A stretch of 64,000 nt of DNA from the human T2T-CHM13v2.0 reference genome, Homo sapiens: the NCBI RefSeq assembly GCF_009914755.1, contig NC_060926.1; one strand, given 5' to 3'. The notes beneath the pieces were generated by a model that did no database searches, had not been told where the DNA came from, and worked only from the letters and a program-made list of their open reading frames with translations. A program made the translations under genes and the position numbers. Positions 26,711 through 40,330 of the stretch are shown here, piece by piece (positions within the stretch are counted from its first letter, which is position 1; every line of letters starts with the position of its first letter).

Positions 26711-27023
26711 ACAAACTCAGAATTGAGTGCATCACTTACCCCATTCAAAAATGTTCGTTGAACACCAGCTATGGAGCAGGAAAGGGCTGGTTTTCTGATT
26801 TAGTTTATTCCAAATTTTTTATCTTCCTGAGTTGAAGTATAAAAGCTGGACAAAACACACACACACAGAGGGAGAGAAAGAGACAGAGAGAATGCACTAC
26901 TTGAGAGCACTGGAAAATAACAAAGGTAATAGGGATTTGAGAAGCCTATTAACTGAGAAAAATGGAAATTCATAGGGAAATTTCCTAACATTTACTAATA
27001 CATTTTCTTCTTAAGACATTCAC

Positions 27024-27329
<306 letters not shown>

Positions 27330-27449
27330 TCACAATTCACATCAAGGAGAATGGAGGCCAATGATACTTTTATTAGTAGATATAAATATAATATGATAAA
27401 AACATGGAGAATTCCATCATAGATTATAAAATCATAATAAGGTAAAAAA

Positions 27450-27960
27450 TAGAAATTGTAAAACAAAAAATACAACTAAAATTAAGAAATCAATATATGG
27501 ATATAACAGCCAATTAGTCACAGCAATAGAAATAAGAAAATTCAGAATGAAGCACTAAAGGAAAAAAGGATGAGACAGATGTAAAAGAACATAAGAGGCA
27601 TTAAGTCATGGATAAAAGGCCTGAATATACGCAGCTAGAGTCTAAGGAGGAGAAAAGCAATAGAGGAGTAGAAGTCATATTTCAAGAAAAACTGGGTAAA
27701 AAATTACCCAAACAGATACAAGAAGATCTACTAACTCTAAGAAGAATAATTACAAAGAAAATCACACCTGGTAACATCATGTTAAAACTTAAGAATGAAG
27801 GACAACAAGAAATTATTAAAGTAGGTGAGAGAAAAAGCCATTATCTGCAAAGGAACAGTAATAAAAATATTTGACTTTTCAACACAAACAATAAAATCCA
27901 GCAGAGAAGAAATGACATCTTAATTTAAAACATCAAAATAGAATTGCTGCCAATCTACAA
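27450..27960 (+). mobile_element. Old L1 ORF1 remnant
   Basis: ORF 27608-27874 (EVIFQEKLGKKLPKQIQE...ITPGNIMLKLK...EIIK) resembles the L1 ORF1p RRM/CTD pattern IF.EI..ENFP...IQE...TPRHII.KL. Confidence 0.75.
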
Positions 27961-28454
27961 TTACTTATTCTGTACTTGTCTAATAATTGAGCTGCTCAAA
28001 AAATTACTTTGGCTGGAAACTCATTTTCATGTTTTATATGTGTGAAGAAATTCTCGTTTGAGGAGATATTTCATTTTAAATTTCCTAATTTTTCTTACTG
28101 CTGCTTTGTTGTAACTTGTGAGTATTGTGATGAAGGCTTAGTCTTGTAATGCCCATGTACACAGTGTTCTTTTAGCACAGCTACTGTGTCACTGCTATAA
28201 GCCACAATGTTTTGCCATCTAATTAGATTTTAAAATAATAGTCCACACTTCACTGTGCATTAAAAGCATGACGTTCAAAGTCCACCTTTCTCTTTTTTTT
28301 TTCTTTTGCCATGGTGGCTAAAGAATTTAAATGCTTTAAAAAATTGTTTTGATGTTGCACTATGGCAACATGTGTGGCACCTGAAACCCTGTTGAGTTAA
28401 AACTCTATCACTACAATTTATAGTACACCAAGCAGCAGTGCAGTGATGAGAGCA

Positions 28455-28740
28455 CCGTATATGGTCTCCATGGCAATGACTGACTCTACTATTGCACTGG
28501 GAAAACAGCCATAGAAAATACATAGTAAGTGAGCATGGCCTTTTTTTTTTTAAATTAAACTTTATTTATGGACAGCGGAATTTAAATTCTATATTATTTT
28601 TATATATCTTAAAACATTGTCTCTTTTGATTGTTTTTCAGCCATTCACAAACTAAAACCAATCTCAGCTCACTCATGTGTCATAAATAAACAAAACAAAA
28701 CTAACAAGAAAAAAACATGTAGTGGGACTACCAGTTTAGA
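28455..28740. mobile_element. MER58 (B-like, hAT-Charlie) DNA transposon
   Basis: atggtctcc...aaaacagccatagaaaatacatagtaagtgagcatggc...aaactttatttatggaca. Confidence 0.8.
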
Positions 28741-29439
28741 GTGATGATATGTGGAGTGATAGCTCTCAAGCTAACTCACAATCTTTAAACTTTTAAAATG
28801 CAGAAAGTTGGAGATTCAAAATGGGACTATCCATTATTTCATGAATTAATAGCATTTTATATTTCAAGGATCATCTGGAATGTGTAACCTGTGAGGCATA
28901 TTTGATGTCATTAGCCAATGTGAAAAAAGGGTTTTCTCACCTAAAAATAAAGTGTAAAAGAAAACTTCCATTGTTTTTCCTACTTTTTTTGTACTTTTGA
29001 CAAAATGAGCATATGGGAGGGGCATAAATTAATAGACCTTTTCTCCATTTAAATATGATGAGGATGCATATACTACATGGATCTTGTAAATGGATTTATA
29101 AAAATTTCACACACATTTATAGATGACTTATTTTGCCAGATTTTTATCGCATTAAAGATAAAATGCTTGGTATTATGAAACAGCTACTTGAATTTCTGTG
29201 TTTCTTTCCTAATGCTGTCTTGGAATTCTTTTTTCTTATACTATTTTCTTTAACAGACATTCTGTGTTTTAGCTTTGGGGCTTAATATAAAAAATCTATT
29301 AAAATGAGCAGTGTTCAATGATACACTGCAATATATCACTGCAAGCAGTGTATCATTGAACTGTTATGGGATCTTCCTAATCTGGTTCTGAACTACTGGG
29401 ATTATTCTCGGCAGGAAAAAAAACAGTAAATATGATTTA

Positions 29440-29630
29440 ACAGAAAGAAAGAGGAGGAGAAAGGGCAAGAGGGAAGAAGAGTAGAAGGAAGAATAGAGAG
29501 AAGGAGGGGAGGGGAAAAAGAGAAGGAAAGGCTGAGAGAGAAAGAGAAAGGAAGAAAAGAAGGAAGGAAGGATAAAAAGAAGAAGGGAAAAAGGAAGAAG
29601 GAAACAAACTTTTATTGAAAGACAGGAAAC
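29440..29630 (+). repeat. GA-rich low-complexity tract
   Basis: Polypurine strand. Confidence 0.85.
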
Positions 29631-29993
29631 TGAAAATCTTATTAAACATCTATTATGCGAATAATGTACACTACCCATAGCACCTCTTTCTGGTCTTCCC
29701 TGCTTCTGACTGACCAGATTCACTTCACCATCTTCCATAAATATAGATATTTTGACCTACCTTTGCCTATGTCTCTCTCATGTTCCATCATAGTTATTTT
29801 CTGAATGCTTGTCTATGTAATACAGGGCATTATGTATTACATATACGTATGTAATACATATGTAATACATACATAATATACAGGGCATATTGGATAGATG
29901 AGACCTCGAACTCAACAGGTCTACAGATAAAGCCGTCTTCACATTTTAAACTATTACTTCTATACCATCCAATCAATTGGCAGCCAGATCACT

Positions 29994-30207
29994 CTTTTTT
30001 TCTCCCAGCTTTATTGAAGTATAATTGGTATACCAAAAAATACATATATTTAATATGTATACTTAATTAATATACACAAATTGATGAGTTTGGATATATG
30101 TTAACATTTGTATTACCATCACCACAATGAAGGTAATAAATGTATCCATCATCCCCAAAAGTTTCCTTGAGTTCCCTGTTTTTTGGTTTGTTTTTTTGTG
30201 GCAAGAG
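29994..30207 (-). mobile_element. 5'-truncated L1MA/L1MB 3' end
   Basis: tttt...cccagctttattgaagtataattg antisense L1 terminus; 9-bp TSD CAGATCACT (29985-29993 / 30208-30216). Confidence 0.85.
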
Positions 30208-30418
30208 CAGATCACTTACAGTTGTCCAAAGTCAAAATCTGGAAGTCCTCTTTTAGCCTTTGCTATCCTAATTTTATCAAATTTGCTATTATTGAATAAT
30301 TTTTTCTTCTACATTTCTTATAGACTTGTCCTTTTATCTCCATCTTTGTTCCCATGCTTTCATCATATTCTCACTGTCAATTATATCAGCTCCTCGGCTG
30401 GCCTTTCAACTTTACCGC

Positions 30419-30948
30419 TGTGGTAGCCAGTGTGTAAGTTGGCCCCTAATGATCTTCAACTGGCATTCACACCCTTGTATAGTTCTCTTCCACATGTTAT
30501 GAGTTGGTCTTGTGACCAGCAAAATATGGGAGAAGTTAGGTATATAACTTCCACTTTTACATTGTGAAAAGACTTCAGCTTCCATCTTGGTTTTTTGCTC
30601 TCTCTTTCCTTCTATAAGATCACTCACTCTTGGATGACTGGCTCTGGTGAAAACCAGTTGCCATACTGGAAAAACTTTCAGGCAGTCTCTGTAGACATCT
30701 AAGTGGCAAGGAATGGAGGCCTCTGGCCAACAACAGCCAGTGAGATACTAAGGCCTGTCCACAAATACGTGACTGAGCTTAGAAGTGGATTTTTCCTAGC
30801 AAGCCTACAGCCCTGGCTGACTGCAGCCTGTAGCTTGACTATAGCTTTGTGAAATAATCTGAGCTACAACCTTCAGAAACTGTGATATAATAAATGTATG
30901 TTGTTCTAATCTGCTAAATTTGTTACACAACAATACATAACTAATACA
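30419..30948 (+). mobile_element. MLT1F-like solo LTR
   Basis: TGTGGTAGCCAG...ggcccctaatgatc start; tttgttacacaacaatacataactaataCA end. Confidence 0.85.
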
Positions 30949-32811
30949 ACATCCATATGGCAGCCATTTACTCATATTATTATCCTACTTATAGATCTCC
31001 AAAGACTTATCATTACCTGTCACTTCAAGTCCAGATTTCTCTGAGTATATTACAGACCTCATATTATCTGACACCACCCTATTTAACATAAGACCTGTGA
31101 ATAATTACAACTTCTGTGAATCTAAGTGCCTTTCCCATTGTTATCCTTTGCTTATATGGCTCCACCCTCCTGAACATCTTCTTTTTTTTTTAATCTCTCT
31201 TTATCCAATATATTCAAGTACCAGGTCATGAGTAATTACGTTCACAAAACCTATTCCAATGGCTCTGTCCCATGCACTGAGTCTTTCCATAGGTTTGACT
31301 CAATTTTGCTAGAATTATTTCATATAAGTTGGTTCACCAGAGTTCATTTCCCTAAATCCATTCTCCAACCTCCACCACCTTCACAATGTTTATCTCATCT
31401 CACCCAGTTTCCAGAAAACCACTAATTAATTGGATATTTAATCCTGCCATCATTCATCCTTGTAAGGCATTTTCCCCAACAATGTTAAATCACAGTGTCA
31501 TTTTGAAACCAATGCTTGTTTCAATGATCCTGATGCTGCTGTTATTATTGTCTCATCTAATTGTTCAAATGCTTAAAAATGTTATTAATATCTTATAATG
31601 AAGGAAAGTAGTCAGTAGATTAAAAGCACACCAGTGGAAGTCTGCACAAGATACAGTCTAGTGGCCTTCTTAACAACACAGGCAATTTGAAATAATGACA
31701 AGAGGAAAATACTTTAAAAGAGACGCTGATAGATATATTTACGTTTTAATACTTAATTCATGTAAAATCTAGAAGAAAAGTTAAAAAGAATCAGGAAATC
31801 CAATAAGATAACTGTATTGAAGTGACTAGATGATATTATCTGAATCCTACGAAGTTCTTTCACTGAAATTAGTAGACATTCACTGCATTAAAATAGTCCA
31901 TTGCCATTGAATCAATTTTTTTTCTTTTTAACCCACACTACAGTGTCTAAGTGGGGGGGGGTCCTTGGGATTATGTAGCAGAAAGGCAACTGCAGGTTCT
32001 TTTTTATGGAACTGCTTTGTTTATTTGGGGTTGGTTTTTTTGGGTCAGGGTTACAATCTTTTTATCTGCTTCATCCAACAGTGCGATATCATATTTGTAC
32101 TCCTATATATTTGTATATTGAAGCTAGGAAATCCCAAAATAATTTTAAAAAGGAAGAGGTTTGTATCTCTCTGAGTTTGTAGAAGGACTCTTGGAAGTGA
32201 ATTAAAAAATGTCTACAAAACAAATGAAACCTGGAGCAAAATAAATTTAGCTCTAAAATCTGGTCCAAACTATTCTGTCTTAAAATAATTTATTAGATAA
32301 AGAAATCTACCAGAGAACAATGATTTGAGACTTTTGAGACCTAGCTAAGGTTTTTTCCCACCAATCCTTTGTAAATAAAATTATATTAAAGGAAGATCCA
32401 TTTTAAGATAACTATCAATGTGTCTTTATTCCAAATAGAAATAACCAATGTCATTATACAGGGAAGTATTTTCTAAATCCATAAAGAGTTTTGAAATTCT
32501 AAATAAACAAATAACTGGAAATTCCAGATGAATTTAGGAAAAACTAGAAGCAACTAAGAAATCTCAGAACCAATGTGAAATGTCACCTTTTCAAAGTGAA
32601 ATGTTTTATTCGGATGCTGGAAGATTTCATGCTCAATGGTCAGGCAGGGATGCTTTTGGTGAAATGAAAGTCCAAGGAGACAAAATAGACTTAGGATTGG
32701 TTTTATAAAGGCTAGATGTTTGCTGGAAAGGCTCATTTGCTCTTCATTTATTAATTAAAAAAATTATAAAGAGCCAATAATCTCCCCAACACACACAATC
32801 ATCCAGGCACT

Positions 32812-32814
<3 letters not shown>

Positions 32815-32876
<62 letters not shown>

Positions 32877-32889
32877 CAAGAGAGAGAGA
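32815..32889 (+). repeat. Compound (CA)n(GA)n microsatellite
   Basis: Direct reading. Confidence 0.97.
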
Positions 32890-32904
32890 AAAAATATATT
32901 TTTT

Positions 32905-32945
32905 TAAATGGCAAAAACCATAGTTACCTTTGTACCAACCTAATA
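32905..32945. mobile_element. MADE1 (Hsmar1-derived MITE), one arm only
   Basis: aatggcaaaaaccatagttacctttgtaccaacctaata matches MADE1 AATGGCAAAAACCGCAATTACTTTTGCACCAACCTAA plus TA. Confidence 0.85.
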
Positions 32946-32949
32946 CATA

Positions 32950-34220
32950 TGTAAAATCTCACAGTAGTACACTCAAGGTATGAGTAAGGTACCACAGGTG
33001 CACAGAGGGCCTAGTATTTAACCCAATCTGAAGACATGGAAGGAAGAAGAATGGAAGCCTGATTAAGAAAATAAAAAAAAAATTGAGCTGAGTAATGAGG
33101 AATGAGTAAGAATTTCCCAGGTAGGCAAGAGGCAAGGAATGCACTGAAGCAAGCAATAGCATGGTTCCTCCCAGGGAATGAAAGTAATTATTCTAGACTA
33201 GGGCACAGAATGCCAATGTGGATAATGCAAGGGATAGGGCTGGAGGGACAGCCCAGGGGCTAATCATCAAGGGAAGCATTTCCCCTATTGAGACTTCTAA
33301 ACCTAAGAGTGATGGAGAGCCTCTAAAGAATTTTAACAGGGGGAGCAATGGGGTTTGCACTGTGAAAATGCAACTCTAGCTGCGAAGATAAATTGGAGTG
33401 GGGGTGGCCTATGAAAACAGATTAGAGAAGTAAATATAATCCTAGTAAGAAATTACAAAGTCCTGACCTGATGCAGTAGAATGGTGAAAGGGACAGATTT
33501 GAATTAGAAACTTTTTAAGGAGGTGTAGTGGCACTTGTGACAAATTAGATATATAGACTTAGTAATTCTAGGATAACTCCCACATTTCTGAATTGGGTTC
33601 CCAGGTAAATGTTACTATTCTGAACCAGATCATGGTTGACAGAGACAAGGAGCCAGCAGCGCACTGTTATTTCGATCTGATTATGGTACAATTTGGTGAA
33701 AATAGCCAGTAGACAATCAGATATTTAGCTCAGACTGGCAAGAAAGAGGCCTCAGTTCAAGCTATAGGTTTGAGTGACACCAACATAGCTAATAGTTAGA
33801 TAAGATGTCCAAAGGACACTTACTATAACATAGTTGACATTTTTAAATCAACAGGGATAATTTTTCAAACTCTACATATCCAGGTCTCTATGCTAGGCAC
33901 TTTCATATATCCTCCAGGAACTATCATAGAGCCTTCAGACAGAAATGATACTTGAGATGGAATTGATCATTTGACCAAATGACTGAGCTGACTGGGCTGG
34001 AGATGGGGGCACTGATAAAGATAGAATTTGGTCAATAATAGATCATGACAAGTTTCAGTGGAGGGATAGGAAGAAGGGAAGAAAGTCTGTAGTGCATTAG
34101 GAGCAAGGTGAATGTAGGGAGTGCATTGAGAGTGAGGAGAAAGGAGGAGGTGGAAATCATCACTATTTCAAGAAGTTTAGTTGTGGAGGGAAGGAGAGAA
34201 ATAAGTTGGTAGACAGGGTA
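32950..34220 (-). mobile_element. L2 LINE fragments
   Basis: gatggagagcctctaaagaattttaacaggggg; gacaagtttcagtggagggatagg; tttcaagaagtttagttgtggagggaaggagag. Confidence 0.75.
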
Positions 34221-37113
34221 CTGAGAAGAACATATATTTGAAAATGTTTATAGGCTGAGAAATGGAAACTGCTAACAAAGTTTTTAACCTACATTAATTA
34301 TTGACTGTTGAAGTAATCAACCAAATAGAGAAAAGAGTCGTTTTCAGGAATTGTCAGTGTAGCTACTCAATTGCCCAATGGCCAATCACTACCCAAGTTT
34401 ATTATTTGGTTGGCATCCTTTGAATATTGCCTGTTGATTTACTTTCAAGATGAACTGTACAACTGGAAATTTTCACATACATTTTGGAAGGGAAGGATTT
34501 TACCAATTCTGTGTTTATTCAAAATATTCACTATAATTTAATTAATTTTTACTAGATGTTCATCTCTCTCAAACAGCTAGTGGTCCAACCATATACTCCT
34601 CATTAAATTGTTGGAGGTAGGGAGGTGGTGAAAAGATGGCAAAATAATTTATTCTCAGATTGCAAACAGCAACAAAAGAATCTGTTATTTTGCCCCAGGG
34701 ACGAGAGAAGGAAGAAGAAGAGAAAGAAGGAAAGAAGCAGGAGAGTAGAGACATAAAGAGACTTTTTTCCCAAGCCGTATAGTTTTTCTAATGTCTAGAA
34801 ATAAACAAATTCAATAAAAAGAAACCCCTAAAACATTAGTTGTTCACATCTGAGACCTATTTTTTGCTTTGGAAAAGGAAAGACCCTAATTTCTGAAAAT
34901 TACATTCCAAAGTTCCAAAGAATGAGTTCCTAAAGCCAAATATCTTTACATAAGTAAATAATTGTTAAATAAATTTATAAAAGAATATGGACATTTCAAA
35001 TTTTAAAGCTGATTTTAAAGTTGGTGAAATCAAGAAAAATATATTAAAAATTGGTTTCAGTTTTCACTTTCTAGGAATCCTGTTAGGATTTCTGAAACAA
35101 AGCTTTGATCTAGCTGTATGAGAGTATTTACATATTCTTTACACAATGTTTGTGATACCAGATACCTGTGAACAAATGGGAAGTGTTTAATATTTTACAT
35201 TGTTTGCCTTTAATTGAAGGGAAAACAAATCATCAAGTATGACAAAGTAAAGGGGAAAAAAAGGATCAGGGTGCAACGAAAGATGTCCTAATCCCTTCCA
35301 CAGGTGCACTTATTGAATTGTCTGTGTGAGCATCTACCCACATGTTTTGATAATTCAGGGCTCTGGTGGTACCTTGTTGCATGAATGTATCATCTGTGTT
35401 TTCCATTAGCATTAATGGGGGTTACATAGGCAAAGGAAGAAAAGAACAGACTCCAGAATCTGTCCAGGATTAATAACAACGGTGCTGTTCAATCTGGTGA
35501 TGTCTTCCTTGGAAAGCAACCTATATTATCCATTTAGTTTAACAAACTAGACTCCACACACCAAAAAGGTAAGGATTCAATCAATCTAAATAATACAGAG
35601 AGTTAAAAACAGGCTTGCAAAGTGGAGCTAAATGTTCTTCAAGATCCAGTTGTCACAGACCTTGTCAACAGTTTAGGCTTCTGTCACAACATTATAGGTA
35701 CTAAATGGAACCCTTTCTAGGTTCTGAGGCACTGAGTATCATCTGCATTCACCAATTAATACTCCTTACTAGTGTTTTGGCTGCTTTTTTCCTTAGGGGA
35801 TGGGAGGGTAGGCAGAGAAAAGGATGTGCATTCGGCCCATGGTAACTTCAATTAGTTGCCCACCAAAGATTTTATCCTAGTAGCAAAACCAGGAGGAAAA
35901 AAAATCTTTTAAATTAATTTGAAGATGCCTACATTTCTAGAATGGCATTGCTTTAACAGGGCTATGCAAATGAGTCCAATTTAGCATCTTGTATTCAGCT
36001 GGAAACCATTGCTAAATGATCAGGATAGCCAGTCACAGATATTAAAATGAATTATATCTAATCTGAATTTTAGTCACGCTACATTAACTAATAGAAAGTT
36101 ATTAACATTTCAAGAGAAAAAAAGCTTTTGGCTGCAAAATTAACAGTGGCTGAGATGTGACCTGTGAGCCATGAAGCCTGATCACTGTAATGACAGTGTA
36201 ATGGCATATTTACATTAAAATCTCTGCAGCTAATATGGGATTCAGAATTGGACGGTAAGTCGAGGATTATTTAGTCTGGCCTGTTGGCCTTTCTCTAAGT
36301 AGTTTTTTTTTTTTTTTTACTTCAATACAAATCTGAAACTTTTTATTTCATGACTATTTATGTGACCAGTTTCTACAGCTCAGTCTCTCCATCTTTATAT
36401 GACTCGTGTTCTCTTTCATTTTCTTACTACTTTTTCAGAATATTTCTTTCTGTGTATCTGTTTTTCTCTCTTTCTCTCCCTCTCTCTTTTTTCTTCTTTT
36501 CTCCCTTTGGCTTGATGAACTTTAGGAAACCAGCGCTCAAATGCAAACCAGTAAAGAGAAAGAAAGCAGTTCCTTAATCATTTTTACAACTATTTGGCTC
36601 CAAAAATCAGACCATTTTGATGTTTTTCATTTCCACTTTTAAAATTCACATTAGAAGATGCTGCTTTGCAACGAACACTAATTTGAAATGAGTAACAATG
36701 TAGCTATTCTTATTAATCTCGAGAAATGTGGGAGGTGTTCCCGTTCTCAGACTGTATTTCCTAAAGTTAGTTTAGAAGTTGAAGATTCGACAATATTATT
36801 TGCAAAATCTACAGCACTCATTTACCTTGGAGATTCAGGTCATTGCTGTTGTTTCCTTTCTCTTTCTTTTTTTTTTTCTTTTAACTACAGATAGAGAATA
36901 AAAATACAAATAATAGGAATAACAAAATAATAGGAAAGCTAAAACCGAACTTTAATTTTATAATTTTATAGGTGTTTGCAGTTGAAAGAATCTTTTTTAA
37001 AAAAAAAAACAAATCATCTAGAGAATGGCATAGAAATCTAGACAGCAGACAGCTAAGTTTATAAGTTCTCAAATATGTCACTTGTAGACTAGTCTATTTT
37101 CTTAACCTGTTAA

Positions 37114-37443
<330 letters not shown>

Positions 37444-38334
37444 TGCATTCATCTTTTTTGAAAGGAAAGAATAAAAGACAAATAATGAGTTCTTTTAATG
37501 CCATTTATGTTTGACACATATTTTGCCACAATTGTGTTTCAAAGATTAATTCAATCCATTCTTCTCTAATCATAACAACAAATAAAGCAAATACATATTT
37601 CTAAATTGTAACTTCTAACCATTTAGCATTTTATTGCCTTTTACATTCTTAAAGAGAGTGTTAAATTTCTATTTGTGTTTCTTGGATTTATTTTTAAAGT
37701 CTTTTAAAAGAGGACTTTATCTGAAAGCAAATTATCCATTTACACTATGAATCTGTGCAAAAATGTATTTCAGCACAGACATGTGTCAATCACAAAGGAC
37801 ATCATGATAAAAATGCTACCTCAGTTCCATTTCCTAATTAGAAGAAGAGTATTAATATGTTGACACTGGTTTGACTGACATGATTCTCTGCTAAATGCCT
37901 GCTAGGCTCATATTTATAATAAATACAGGTAGATGCATTTGCAGTAAAACCAAAGCTTCATTCCGTTTCTTGGATTTTTATTAAAATACAGGCATATCAT
38001 AAATATTGATTGAAGAAATAACTAGAAATTTGATCTGATGTAATATGATGCAAATTAAGTTTAAACAGTTTGAACTTTGATATTTCTAAATGCATTGCTA
38101 TATTTTGAATATTTTTATAAGAGATGAAAGTGCTAGGCTAAAAGTAACTCACAAATAGTGTCTACTTTTTCTTCTGAAACTCATCTCTCCCTTTTCACTA
38201 TTGACAAAAGATATTTATTCTGTATGTTTATAGAGAATATACAGACCTACCCAGCTTTGGACATAAATATTAATCACATAAAAGCTTGCTGGCTAAATTA
38301 AATTACACAATATTGTTAAAAGAGCAGCCTCTTT

Positions 38335-38618
38335 TAGGCATGGTCACTCTCACCTGTAATCTTAGCACTCTGGGAGGGGGAGAATTACTTGAGTTCCGGA
38401 TTTCAAGATCAGCTTAGGCAACATAGTAAGATTGTCTCTAAAAAAAAAAAAAACAGAAAAGAAAAAAGAATTAACCAACCATAGTAATGTGACCCTGTAG
38501 TCCCAGCTACCCTGGAGGCTGAGGCAGGAGGATGGCTTGAGCCCAGGAGTATGAGACTACAGTAAGCCATGCACTCCAGCCTGAATGACAGAGTAAAACC
38601 CTGTCTCGAAAAGAAAAA
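38335..38618 (+). mobile_element. AluJ SINE, diverged
   Basis: ggcaacatagtaaga; gaggcaggaggatggcttgagcccaggag J-type diagnostics. Confidence 0.9.
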
Positions 38619-39622
38619 TATGAGCAGTCTTTCTAATTTCTGCATACTTAGTAACACCCTTAATATGCCATGACTCATATTAGGTATTTATTTTCTAAAT
38701 AATGTTAGCTAAGTTATCAAGTCAAAAAGTTAACAGCATAAATGCTTAGAAAACAAAACATAAAGAGTATTAGTAACAAATAAACCATATGTGTCTGCAG
38801 TCTAAGCCAGTTATAAATTTTAAAATAGATTTCCTGCACATAAACTTCTTGGCTAATAAAACTACTGAAGGAAACAATATCCAGACTTAGTTTTGCTGTA
38901 CTTGTTCTGAGAGGCAAGAAGGAACACTGCACAAATTCCTTTTCCTCCTATAATTTGGGATTTCATTTTAAAAGGAAGAATAGGCTGTGTCTTTTCAAAA
39001 GAACCCTGGGGTTTCAAATGCGAGATGGGAGGGTGGTGGCCTAAGAGAGAACACTGGGGATGAGTGAAAGTGACAAAAATGTTCCCTTATGTTCTTGACC
39101 AAAAGCACCATTAAAACCATTTCTCTCTATTCAGAATAGTTGGGAGAAGGGGGGAGCAGGAAGGGACATCAAAGATCTAAAAAATATGCTGATTTTCTCC
39201 TTTGTCTTTCTGTATTAGGTTTTCTTGCCAGCTATAAGCGTGGTTTATGGATTGACAGTTTTGATAAACAAATATTGTGTGAAGCAGGAAGGATAGTGCT
39301 CCTAAACAAATGTTATGAAAACCTAATAACTGTACTTTAATTGTAATCATTAAATCATTGATTATCTTTCTGCTGTGTTCTTCAGTTATCTCCACAAATC
39401 GTGAGCCCGCAAAGTTAATCCCAGTGGAGTAAATATAAGTGCCCATAACTCAATTATTTTTTTCTGAAAATTTTTTTGTTGCTTACATAAAGAAAGAATT
39501 CGTTGCACATATGTTAACACAATATGGGATATATCATGAATAACACAAACATATATGTACACACATATATACACACACATACACACAGACACCACTTGAC
39601 TCATTGTTGAAACACATTAGAG

Positions 39623-39910
39623 GGCCAGGAGCGGTGGCTCACGCCTGTAATACCAGAACTTTGGGAGGCCAAGGCGGGCATATCACCTGAGGTCAGGAGT
39701 TCGAGACCAACCTGGCCAACATGGAGAAACCCTGTCTCCACTAAAAATAAAAAAATTAGCCCAGTGTAGTGGCATGTGCCTGTAATACTAGCTATTCAGG
39801 AGGTTGAGGTGGGAGAATCGCTTGAACCCGGGGGGGCAGAGGTTGCAATGAGCTGACATCACGCCACTGCACTCCAGCCTGGGCAACAGAGTGAGATTCT
39901 GTCTCAAGAA
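39623..39910 (+). mobile_element. AluS (AluSx-like) SINE
   Basis: tcacctgaggtcaggagttcgagacc; full dimer. Confidence 0.95.
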
Positions 39911-40013
39911 AGAAGGGAAGGGAAGGGGAGGGGAGGGGAGGGGAGGCGAGGGGAGGCAAGGGGAGGGGAGGGGAGGGGGAGGAAGAAAGAAAAGAAGGAA
40001 AGAAAGAAAGAAA

Positions 40014-40057
<44 letters not shown>

Positions 40058-40072
40058 AAAGAAAGAAAGAAA
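39911..40072 (+). repeat. (GGGGA)n followed by (GAAA)n, replacing the Alu tail
   Basis: Direct reading. Confidence 0.95.
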
Positions 40073-40081
40073 TCCTCTATG

Positions 40082-40330
40082 AGAGGCAGTATATCGGTTT
40101 GTAGCACAGATTCTAAAGCCAGATTCCTGATTTTGAGTTATATTGGCTTTGCCACAGCCAGCTGTGAGACTTCAGAAAAGTCCCTGAACCTCCATTTCCT
40201 CATCTATAAATAAGGATCTTTTTTCTTTTACCAAGGTCATGAAATTATTTTGAGGATCAGTTAAGTCCGTAATATAAAGCACTTTTAATAGTGCCTAGCT
40301 TATAGTAAATGCTTGATAAATAGTCTCTAC
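40082..40330 (+). mobile_element. MIR, near full length
   Basis: gaggcagtatatcggtt...gattctaaagccagattcctg...tttcctcatctataaa...tagtgcctagcttatagtaaatgcttgataaat. Confidence 0.85.

Larger units (their letters stand above)
29770..31330 (+). mobile_element. L2 fragments hosting an L1 and an MLT1 insertion
   Basis: ttggatagatgagacctcgaactcaacagg; cagttgtccaaagtcaaaatctggaagtc; ctccaaagacttatcattacc. Confidence 0.5.

Noticed and set aside
27608-27874. Protein-like 88-aa ORF
   Set aside because: Decayed L1 ORF1p fragment, not a host gene.
29364-29738. 124-aa hydrophobic ORF resembling a membrane protein (also 24619-24844)
   Set aside because: Translation of a CT-rich low-complexity strand.
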